Shown here piece by piece: positions 1 to 6,966 of a stretch of 64,000 bases of DNA (its first letter is position 1; each line of letters opens with the position of its first letter). The DNA is taken from contig JAQVJU010000002.1 in assembly GCA_028694995.1 (NCBI GenBank), positions 2,046-66,045 of the forward strand, in the 5' to 3' direction. The translations under genes and the position numbers were made by a program. This DNA comes from Minisyncoccota bacterium. GTDB lineage: Bacteria; Patescibacteriota; Minisyncoccia; UBA6257. A model generated the notes under the pieces. It was not told where the DNA came from and searched no databases. It was given only the letters and a program-made list of their open reading frames with translations.

Positions 1-50
1 GGAATTGTCGGGTAATTAACTATTAAAACCAATAGTTACTTGGTTTTAAG

Positions 51-139
51 TTATCCCCAATAGACTTGACAAGGTTTTTATATTTGCTATACTAATAATG
101 CTGTCGTTTTTGGCTTGCCAAAGGCGACAGCATTTTTTT
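51..139 (+). repeat. Copy 1 of the repeated DnaA-box-like/promoter/hairpin module (TTATCCCCA variant - TTGACA - 16 nt - TATACT - hairpin GCTGTCG..CGACAGC - T7)
   Basis: Read directly. -35 TTGACA at 66-71, -10 TATACT at 88-93. Hairpin 100-131 followed by a T-tract. Near-identical to the modules at 2943, 5903, 6717 and 7563. Confidence 0.7.
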
Positions 140-257
140 ATCTCATATTATTTAGGAAGTTTTATATCTTTAATTCTTGACAAACTTATAATAAAGATAT
201 ATTATAACTCAATTAAGAACTTTGAAAACTTAATAAAAAAAAGAAAGGAGAGAAAAA

Positions 258-1379
258 ATGGAGAAGCTAATTGATTTTTTTCTATTTTTAATAGGAGTAA
301 GAAGAGAAAAGAAAATTCCTGTAAATTTTCAGCCGTCGGTTACTGTTTTAATCCCTGCTTACAAAGAAGAAGAAACAATAAAAGATACTATTTTAAGTAT
401 TCAGGCTCAGAGCTATCAAGTAGATGAAATTATTGTAATAGATGATTGCTCTAAGGACAAGACTGGTTTAATATCAAGATCTCTAGGGGCTAAAGTAGTT
501 CGTATCCCTAAAAATTCAGGGACTAAATCTAGGGCTCAAAATTTTGGTCTTAAGTTTGTTAAAACTGATTTAGTGATTACTGTTGATGCTGATACTATCC
601 TTGATCAAAAAGCGATAGAATTAATAATTCCTGCTATGAGTGATCGCAAAGTGCTTTCAGCTTGTGGGTTTGTTATTCCTCAAGTAATTAAAACTTTTTG
701 GGAAAGATGTCGCTTAATTCAGTATTTGTATTATATTAGTCTTAATAAAAATGCTCAATCTCACTGGCAGGTACCATTAGTGTCTTCAGGTTGTTTTTCA
801 GTTTTTAATACAAAGATGTTAAAAAAAATGGGTGGATTTCCTGAGGGGACGATAGTGGAGGATATGGATTTAACCTGGAGAGCCCATCTTGAAAAGAAAA
901 AAATTAAATTTATACCTGAAGCAGTTTGCTATCCAAAAGATCCAAATAATTGGCAACAATACAAGGCACAGGTAATGCGTTGGAATAGAGGATTTTTACA
1001 ATGTGTAAAAGAATATAAAGTATCATTGATAAAAAATCCTCGCTTATGCTTTTTTGTTGCTTGGTATCTTTTATCAGGGATTATCCAGCCTCTGTATTTA
1101 GGGTTTTTTATTTGGTATGTGTTTTGGTTTTTTTCAACAAAAGCCTATCTAGGGGAAGTAATTTTTATTTTAATATTTTTTGGACTTTTGTTGGAAATGT
1201 TAATTGTGTTTACTTTTGTTCTGATATCAGGAATTCGTTATAAGCACTTTAAAATAGCTTTAACCAGTTTTCCTTGCTATTGGTTAATAAGCCCAATTGA
1301 CACTTATTTGTTTGTAAATGCCCTAATACAAGAATGGGTTTTAGGGAGAAAACTTGAATCATGGGAAAAAGGGCATTGA
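258..1379 (+). CDS. Family 2 glycosyltransferase with C-terminal multi-pass membrane domain (processive polysaccharide synthase-like, PgaC/IcaA/cellulose-synthase-like architecture)
   Basis: N-terminal GT-A fold signatures (IPAYKEEETI, DDCSKD, VDAD = DXD). Hydrophobic C-terminal half with several predicted TM helices. RBS AAAGGAGAG upstream. Confidence 0.75.
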   Translation: MEKLIDFFLFLIGVRREKKIPVNFQPSVTVLIPAYKEEETIKDTILSIQAQSYQVDEIIVIDDCSKDKTGLISRSLGAKVVRIPKNSGTKSRAQNFGLKFVKTDLVITVDADTILDQKAIELIIPAMSDRKVLSACGFVIPQVIKTFWERCRLIQYLYYISLNKNAQSHWQVPLVSSGCFSVFNTKMLKKMGGFPEGTIVEDMDLTWRAHLEKKKIKFIPEAVCYPKDPNNWQQYKAQVMRWNRGFLQCVKEYKVSLIKNPRLCFFVAWYLLSGIIQPLYLGFFIWYVFWFFSTKAYLGEVIFILIFFGLLLEMLIVFTFVLISGIRYKHFKIALTSFPCYWLISPIDTYLFVNALIQEWVLGRKLESWEKGH

Positions 1380-1435
1380 AGGGAGGGATATACTTGATTG
1401 TAAAAAATATAAAAAAAGGAAAGGAGGTGAAATAA

Positions 1436-2209
1436 ATGTACGGAGGACCTCAAACTATATCTGGAAGTATAATTCATATTCTATGTCGTTACCCTATTTT
1501 AGTAGTTCCTATAGCTCTGGGCCTTATCTTTGGAATACCTAACTTATCTCAAGTTGCTGAAGATAGTTTACCTAGCTCAATGATAACTTTTGCTTTTGAT
1601 GATGGGTATTTTTCTACTTATGAAAAAGCTTTTCCTATTTTAGAAAAATATACATTTCCGGCTACGGTTTTTGTAATTTCTTCAGTAATTGGAGAACCAG
1701 GTCATATGACTGCGGAACAAATTCTAGAATTGGCAGATAAAGGATGGGAGATTGGTTCTCATACTGAAACTCATTCTGATTTAACTCAGCTTACTGATGA
1801 ACAATTAAAACATGAGCTTGTAAACTCAAAGCAACATCTTGAAGAACTGGGTTTAATAGTAAAGAACTTTGCCTCTCCTTATGGCAAGTATGACGAAAGG
1901 GTTATTAAAATGATAGCTAAGTATTATGATTCTCATCGAACCGCTTGGCCAGATGGGTTAAATGATTTACCCTTAGATAATTTAAATCGTTATTACTTGA
2001 AATCTGTTTCAGTTGAAGCTAGAACGACTATAGAAGAAGTGAAAGAGTGGGTAATAAAAGCAAAGAATGAAGGGAAATGGTTAATTCTCCTTTTCCATCG
2101 CATTGATGAAACAGGCGATTATAACTGGACCTCAAGGGATTTTGAAGAAATTGTTAAATTTGTGCACGAGGAAAAGTTTAAAGGAGTTTCAATTAAAGAA
2201 ATGAGGTGA
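1436..2209 (+). CDS. Polysaccharide deacetylase (NodB homology / CE4 family)
   Basis: N-terminal TM segment. CE4 motifs TFAFDDGY and GSHTETHSDL. RBS GGAGGTGA 7 nt upstream. Adjacent to the GT2 synthase. Confidence 0.8.
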   Translation: MYGGPQTISGSIIHILCRYPILVVPIALGLIFGIPNLSQVAEDSLPSSMITFAFDDGYFSTYEKAFPILEKYTFPATVFVISSVIGEPGHMTAEQILELADKGWEIGSHTETHSDLTQLTDEQLKHELVNSKQHLEELGLIVKNFASPYGKYDERVIKMIAKYYDSHRTAWPDGLNDLPLDNLNRYYLKSVSVEARTTIEEVKEWVIKAKNEGKWLILLFHRIDETGDYNWTSRDFEEIVKFVHEEKFKGVSIKEMR

Positions 2210-2355
2210 TGATTTTATAAAATGATAAAAGGGAAGATAAATCTTCCCTTTTTAATTTAAACCTTATATATTGACAAAATTGTATAAATGATATATAATC
2301 TTGATATATTTGAACTAGTAACTTGAAAATTAAAAAATGAAAGGAGGTGAAAGAA

Positions 2356-2898
2356 ATGAGAAAAAGATTGTTAATCTTAGTGGTTTTAATGGTATTATTC
2401 TTGGGTGCTTGTAGAGACGGAGCAATAATTCCTTCAGTGACAGAAGATATAGAGATTTGGGTAACTGGCTTTGAGCAAGAGGTATTCTGCAATAACGCTA
2501 AGGGTGTCACCAGGGTTTTTAATGGAGACTTACCTAAAGATTTGACAAGATGTTATGGTCCTCCTAGCTGTTGCCCTCCATGTAATTGCCCAGTATGTGA
2601 AGTATGTGAAGAATGCTCAGAATGTCCAACTTGCCCTTCTTGTGGACCTTGCTGCTGTTATTTGAAATGGGGAAATGTCTACGTTGATTACAAAATGAAG
2701 AATTTAGGGTTAAAGGATTTAACCGTTAAAAATGTTTGTTTTGAAATCACGTTTGAAGACAACACAAAAACTGTTAAATGCGTGGAATTACAAGAAGGTT
2801 TACTAGAGGGAGAAGTAAAAGGTAAACAAGCTAAATTCACTCTCTCTCCTGTCAAGAGAGTGATTTACGTTGTTGTGCAAAAAATAGAATATTATTAA
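2356..2898 (+). CDS. Cysteine-rich lipoprotein (signal peptide + lipobox LGAC; CxxC/CC cluster)
   Basis: Start chosen at the ATG preceded by AAGGAGGTGA. Lipobox L-G-A-C. A 30-residue tract CCPPCNCPVCEVCEECSECPTCPSCGPCCC. Confidence 0.55.
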   Translation: MRKRLLILVVLMVLFLGACRDGAIIPSVTEDIEIWVTGFEQEVFCNNAKGVTRVFNGDLPKDLTRCYGPPSCCPPCNCPVCEVCEECSECPTCPSCGPCCCYLKWGNVYVDYKMKNLGLKDLTVKNVCFEITFEDNTKTVKCVELQEGLLEGEVKGKQAKFTLSPVKRVIYVVVQKIEYY

Positions 2899-2942
2899 AA
2901 CCAAAAGGGACTATATTATATAGTCTCTTTTTCATTTTAAAA

Positions 2943-3031
2943 GTTATCCACAATAGACTTGACAAGGGATTTGGATTTGATATACTAATAATGCTGTCGT
3001 TTTTGGCTTGCCAAGGGCGACAGCATTTTTT
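2943..3031 (+). repeat. Copy 2 of the DnaA-box/promoter/hairpin module (TTATCCACA 2944-2952, TTGACA 2959-2964, TATACT 2981-2986, hairpin 2993-3024, T-tract)
   Basis: Read directly from the sequence. Confidence 0.7.
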
Positions 3032-3072
3032 ATTCCATAGTTTGCGAAATTATTAATTAATGAATAAAAGAC

Positions 3073-3199
3073 TTGACAATTTTTATTTATCATGTATACT
3101 GTTTTGTAGTGGGGTAAGCTTTTCCGGAAGAGCTTATAAAACCTATTTTCCAAAATTTTGGAGGTTTTAAAGTGGCGTTGAAAAACGCCACTTTTTTTT
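3073..3199 (+). ncRNA. Candidate small RNA: consensus sigma70 promoter (TTGACA 3073-3078, TATACT 3095-3100) driving a ~95-nt transcript that ends at the intrinsic terminator GTGGCG-TTGAAAAA-CGCCAC-T8 (3172-3199)
   Basis: Promoter spacing of 16 nt and a perfect terminator. An internal stem AAGCT-TTTCCGGAAG-AGCTT. No ORF above 9 codons. Confidence 0.4.
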
Positions 3200-3408
3200 A
3201 ACTTAATTCCTTGATTGTTTTAAAGAAGATCCTATTATTTATTGATAATATAATAATTAAGATTTACAAATTGAATTATTAAGTATTGATTAATAAAATT
3301 TTCTAATAATGATCTTTAAAATAACTCTTAAGAATTATTTTTTAAATTTAAAATTAAATTTTTAAAAATTTCCTTAAATTTGACAAATTTGTTTTTTATT
3401 TAAAAAAC

Positions 3409-3612
3409 TTGACAAGGACTTGACAAATAAAAAATAATAGAGTATCATGTAAGTACGGTGGGGTTCTCCCCTGGGTCTGCAAAGGCCCAGGGGAGACTAC
3501 TACTAAGTAGATAAACAATAAAAATGGTGGGATGCTCTCTTTTAAACAAATACAAAAGTTTATCTGCTTCCGAGGCAGATTAGTTAAATTGACGTTATTC
3601 GTCAATTTTTTT
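3409..3612 (+). ncRNA. Candidate structured small RNA (~160 nt): duplicated TTGACA (3409-3414, 3420-3425), 17-nt spacer, TATCAT (3443-3448), GC-rich stems, and terminator TTGACG-TTATTC-GTCAA-T7 (3589-3612)
   Basis: A strong 10-bp stem CTCCCCTGGG..CCCAGGGGAG, which is unusual against the AT-rich background. A second stem TCTGCTTC-CGA-GGCAGA. No plausible ORF. The antisense 69-aa ORF 3396..3605 is judged spurious. Confidence 0.45.
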
Positions 3613-3818
3613 AATTAACCACTAGATTAACTATTAGGGATTAAAAAAAGAATATTGCAGGAAGATTAGTGTTTGTGTTTTCCCCATATCAGAAATCCTC
3701 CTAATAGTTCATGATGGGACAATAGATCTATTAAAAGTGATTTTAATTTCCTTAATGATTAATTAAAAGATTATTTTGTTTCCTATGCATTTAATTATTT
3801 CAGATTTTAGTAAACATA

Positions 3819-4298
3819 ATGAATTTGATTAAACATAGAAAATTTTTACAATTATTATCATTTTTAGTAATAATAATTTGTTCTTTGTTATTTTTAATAA
3901 ATGATGTTGATGCTAAAAGAGGTTGTTGTTCTTGGCATGGCGGAGTATCTCATTGTGACTCATCGGTTGGGGGATATGTTTGTAATGATGGCACCTATAG
4001 TCCTTCTTGTACTTGCGGGGTTATAATCCCTGTTCCTATTCCTTCCCCAACTACTCTTGAGCCTACTACAACGACTACTAAACCTACAACTACAACAATA
4101 ATTGGTATAACACCCGCTGCTGTATTAGAAACAGAAATTCAAGAAAAAAACCTAGGAATAGAGGAAGAACTAGAATTTTCAGCTTCTGAAAAATTAATGG
4201 CACAAGTACATAAAGAAAACATTGGTATTTCTGCTTGGTGGTGGATAATAGGCATAGGGGCTATATCTTATTTGTTTGTCTATAAATTTAAAAAATAA
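3819..4298 (+). CDS. Secreted Cys/His-rich protein with Pro/Thr-rich linker and C-terminal TM anchor followed by basic tail (KFKK)
   Basis: N-terminal hydrophobic signal or anchor. Motif GCCSWHGGVSHCDSSVGGYVCNDGTYSPSCTC. Linker TTTTTKPTTTT. C-terminal TM segment. Confidence 0.5.
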   Translation: MNLIKHRKFLQLLSFLVIIICSLLFLINDVDAKRGCCSWHGGVSHCDSSVGGYVCNDGTYSPSCTCGVIIPVPIPSPTTLEPTTTTTKPTTTTIIGITPAAVLETEIQEKNLGIEEELEFSASEKLMAQVHKENIGISAWWWIIGIGAISYLFVYKFKK

Positions 4299-4334
4299 AA
4301 AACTAAAGGTCGAAAATTAATGAATTAAAAAAAT

Positions 4335-5846
4335 ATGAATAAAAAATTTCTTACAAAAACATTTGCAATTGCAATGGTATTAAGTTTATTACTTTCTAAT
4401 GGATTGATGTTAGGATTGGAGAGAGCAGAAGCAAAAGTAAGAAAAGAAGACCCTAGTAAAAATGGAAATGGGAATGGGAATGATGAATTATATCTTTGTC
4501 ATTTTGAAGATGAAGGAGATAATCCTTATACAAAGATACTAGGGTTTGAGAAGAATAGCATAGCTGGCGAGCATGATAAAGACGAAGATGATATTATTCC
4601 TAGTTATCTTTATACTTCAGACTGTGATGTGGAAAATCATAACTGTAAACTAAAAAAAATAGATTGGGGGAATTCTAAGACGCAAGGAAGTGTTTTGGGA
4701 GACTCTATTAATCTTGATGGGCATTTATGGCAAGGGTCACAAGAATTAGCTTCAATTATTGGGGATAGCACAAATATTAAGGTTTCTTTTTCAGATCCCC
4801 TTATGGCATATGTTATAGATCTTAAAATAAAAGAAAAAGATTCAAAAGGAAAAATATTATCTGAAAAAGATTATGCTTCTAAATGCCAAGGTCCAGAGGG
4901 TTGTACTCTTTCTCCGGAAGAAGGAATTAAGTTTTACTCTGTAAGTTGGGATCTGCAAAAAGTTAACAAATTTCACTATGAGTGTTATTATCCTGGTAAA
5001 AATTTGGAGAGTGGGCAAGACATTTTAAATAATAATTGCGAGGTTCCCTCAGAAAATGAAAATGGGGAAGGGAATGGGGAAGGGAATGGAGAAGGGGATG
5101 GAGAAGGGAATGGAGGAGGGAATGGAGAAGGAACTACAACTACTACAACAACAAGACCTGGTCCTACAGGTTCACATATTCCACCACAAGAAGCTCATGG
5201 GGAAGGCTCTTTAGGAGAACCTGGCCCTGGGGAGGGTATTGTAGCTGGTGCTGCTTGTGTTCCTTATATCCAAGAATATATTCAATATGGAGCTGATAAT
5301 GATCCATTTGAAGTTAGGAAATTACAAATCTTCTTAAATGGATATTTGGGATTGAATTTAGATGTTAATGGAATTTATGATTTAGAAACATTTGAAGCTG
5401 TAAAAACATTCCAACTTATGTTCAAGGATGATATTTTAGCTCCTTGGGTTGCAAATGGATGCTTACCTTCAAAAGAAATAGCTACGGGTTATGTTTATCG
5501 AACTACTAGTTGGGCGATTAATAAAGTTTTTTGCCCAGGAATGGAAATAGATATTTCTGATGAAATATGTTTTGGCTTAGGTGAAGGATTAGTTTTAGGA
5601 GAATCTATTGCCTTAGCTGATGATGGCTCAATGTCAGAAGGAGATATTTTAGATTTTCCTGTTAGTTCTGAACAAGAACCAGAAGAAGAAGTAATGGAAA
5701 TTTCAGAAACTGAAGATATAGAAACAACAGAATTAGAAGAAACAGAAGAAGAAACAGCAACTAATAAAGGAGCCATAATAGCTTTATTAGTTGTTTTAGC
5801 CTTAGGTGGCTTAGCTTACTTTATCTTTAGAGGAAAACGAACTTGA
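4335..5846 (+). CDS. Large secreted surface protein: signal peptide, GNGNGNG and GEGNGEGNG repeats, Thr7 linker, PG_binding_1-like domain, acidic E/T-rich tract, C-terminal TM anchor + RGKRT tail
   Basis: The segment VRKLQIFLNGYLGLNLDVNGIYDLETFEAVKTFQ matches the peptidoglycan-binding (PG_binding_1) consensus. The C-terminus AIIALLVVLALGGLAYFIFRGKRT forms a TM anchor plus basic tail. Confidence 0.6.
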   Translation: MNKKFLTKTFAIAMVLSLLLSNGLMLGLERAEAKVRKEDPSKNGNGNGNDELYLCHFEDEGDNPYTKILGFEKNSIAGEHDKDEDDIIPSYLYTSDCDVENHNCKLKKIDWGNSKTQGSVLGDSINLDGHLWQGSQELASIIGDSTNIKVSFSDPLMAYVIDLKIKEKDSKGKILSEKDYASKCQGPEGCTLSPEEGIKFYSVSWDLQKVNKFHYECYYPGKNLESGQDILNNNCEVPSENENGEGNGEGNGEGDGEGNGGGNGEGTTTTTTTRPGPTGSHIPPQEAHGEGSLGEPGPGEGIVAGAACVPYIQEYIQYGADNDPFEVRKLQIFLNGYLGLNLDVNGIYDLETFEAVKTFQLMFKDDILAPWVANGCLPSKEIATGYVYRTTSWAINKVFCPGMEIDISDEICFGLGEGLVLGESIALADDGSMSEGDILDFPVSSEQEPEEEVMEISETEDIETTELEETEEETATNKGAIIALLVVLALGGLAYFIFRGKRT

Positions 5847-5866
5847 AGGTTAGAAATTGGATAAAA

Positions 5867-5894
5867 ACAGGGCTAAATATAGCCCTGTTTTTTA
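5867..5894 (+). terminator. Intrinsic terminator of the 4335..5846 gene (ACAGGGCT-AAATAT-AGCCCTGT-T7)
   Basis: Perfect 8-bp GC-rich stem plus a T-tract. Confidence 0.7.
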
Positions 5895-5902
5895 TTTCTT
5901 AA

Positions 5903-5999
5903 GTTATCCACAAAAGACTTGACAAGGTTTTTATATTTGCTATACTATTAGTGCTGTCATTTAGAGAAGCTTGCTTCAATGAATGACAGCATTTTTTTT
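5903..5999 (+). repeat. Copy 3 of the module (TTATCCACA 5904-5912, TTGACA 5919-5924, TATACT 5941-5946, variant hairpin GCTGTCATT..AATGACAGC 5953-5990, T8)
   Basis: The stem is conserved and extended by compensatory changes while the loop is replaced. Confidence 0.7.
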
Positions 6000-6157
6000 A
6001 TAATTTTTTGATAAAAGAAGTGATTAGTCATCTCTTTTTTTATTTGTTAATTAATTAAAGATAGTTTTAATTTATATTGACTTTAAGTATTTAAAATGGT
6101 ATAATTATAAAAGGATAAAAGAGTTCTTTTAAAAATAAAAATAAGGAGGAAAAGAAA

Positions 6158-6694
6158 ATGGAAGAGAGAAAAAAGAAAGTTTTTATTTTAATTTTTGCTG
6201 TGGTTTTTATATTCATTTTAGTAGATTATGTAAATTGGAGATTATCCCATAATTGGGAGATTGTAGATACCAATTTACCAGTTGAAACCATAAACAGCAC
6301 CGTATGGAGAAGCGCAAGTATAGATATACTTGATCCTATCAAATCTCCTCCAAAAAGTTATGAGTATTCAAATCTTAGGATAGCGGCATTTAAGGTACGG
6401 TACCCTAAAGCTAAGGGAGGAGGATATGTTCATGAAGTTTTTCTTAGGGAGTGGTTTAAGAGGAGTAACTTAAAAGTTCGCTATACGGGCTTTGAAGGGA
6501 TACCGGATTTTTATATTGCTGTAGAATTCATACAGGGAAGAATGGAAATCATCAGTGATAGCAAGTTATATAATTATAAAGGAGAAATCTTTATAGAATT
6601 ATTTTCCAATAATAAGAATTTACTGGCTCAAAAAAGAATTAAGGTAAACATAAATAACAAACCGCCAGAGGTAAAAGAATTAACAGGGCTTTAA
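6158..6694 (+). CDS. Hypothetical N-terminally membrane-anchored protein, paralog A of a tandem pair
   Basis: Strong RBS AAGGAGGA. N-terminal TM helix. Shares the motifs YPK.K, NLK and F..V.FI.GR..I...Y.GEI.I.L with the 6967..7539 product. Confidence 0.5.
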   Translation: MEERKKKVFILIFAVVFIFILVDYVNWRLSHNWEIVDTNLPVETINSTVWRSASIDILDPIKSPPKSYEYSNLRIAAFKVRYPKAKGGGYVHEVFLREWFKRSNLKVRYTGFEGIPDFYIAVEFIQGRMEIISDSKLYNYKGEIFIELFSNNKNLLAQKRIKVNINNKPPEVKELTGL

Positions 6695-6706
6695 AGCCCT
6701 GTTTTT
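6683..6706 (+). terminator. Intrinsic terminator overlapping the stop codon of 6158..6694 (ACAGGGCT-TTAA-AGCCCTGT-T5)
   Basis: The stop codon TAA lies in the hairpin loop. Confidence 0.65.
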
Positions 6707-6716
6707 CATTTCTTGA

Positions 6717-6806
6717 GTTATCCACAAAAGACTTGACAAGGTTTTTAAATTTGCTATACTAATAATGCTGTCGTTTTTGGCTTGCCAGAAGCGGCAGCAT
6801 TTTTTT
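6717..6806 (+). repeat. Copy 4 of the module (TTATCCACA 6718-6726, TTGACA 6733-6738, TATACT 6755-6760, hairpin GCTGTCG..CGGCAGC with a U-G wobble, T7)
   Basis: Read directly from the sequence. Confidence 0.7.
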
Positions 6807-6966
6807 ATAATTTTTTGATAAAAGAGATGATTTATCATCTCTTTTTTAATGGTTAATTAATTAAAGATAGTTTTAATTTATATTGACTTTAATCATTTAA
6901 AATGGTATAATTATAAAAAGATAAAAGAGTTCTTTTAAAAATAAAAATTAAAGAGGAGAGAAAAAA

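Noticed and set aside
1046-1243. Small ORFs nested in or antisense to larger genes (e.g. 1046..1243, 1354..1542, 2193..2510, 5495..5776, 10841..11041, 13245..13436, 13569..13751, 14718..14927, 17575..17769, 18107..18370, 19698..19895, 21477..21674, 22214..22489, 23419..23601, 25155..25349, 26223..26417, 26705..26980, 27366..27911, 28413..28745, 31521..31787, 36533..37096, 39777..40007, 45272..45457, 49456..49647, 50154..50393, 57005..57298, 59591..59836, 60648..60911, 61804..63311, 63762..63959)
   Set aside because: Each lies entirely inside a longer ORF with clear homology-type motifs and a good RBS. Their compositions are low-complexity, as expected for random frames in AT-rich DNA.
3172-3201. 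9-codon GTG-start mini-ORF (VALKNATFF) with a GGAGG 7 nt upstream, inside sRNA candidate #1
   Set aside because: It coincides exactly with the terminator hairpin and its stop lies beyond the U-tract. The RBS-like GGAGG is more likely part of the RNA. It is kept only as a note.
3455-3590. Assignment of sRNA candidate #2 to SRP RNA, 6S RNA, tmRNA or RNase P RNA
   Set aside because: I could not recognise the SRP domain-IV motifs, the 6S central bubble with closing stem, the tmRNA tag ORF or the RNase P conserved regions. A known family cannot be excluded without a covariance-model search.
3396-3605. 69-aa minus-strand ORF overlapping sRNA candidate #2
   Set aside because: It has no RBS and an odd composition. 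The region carries promoter, GC-rich stems and terminator on the + strand, which fit an RNA better.
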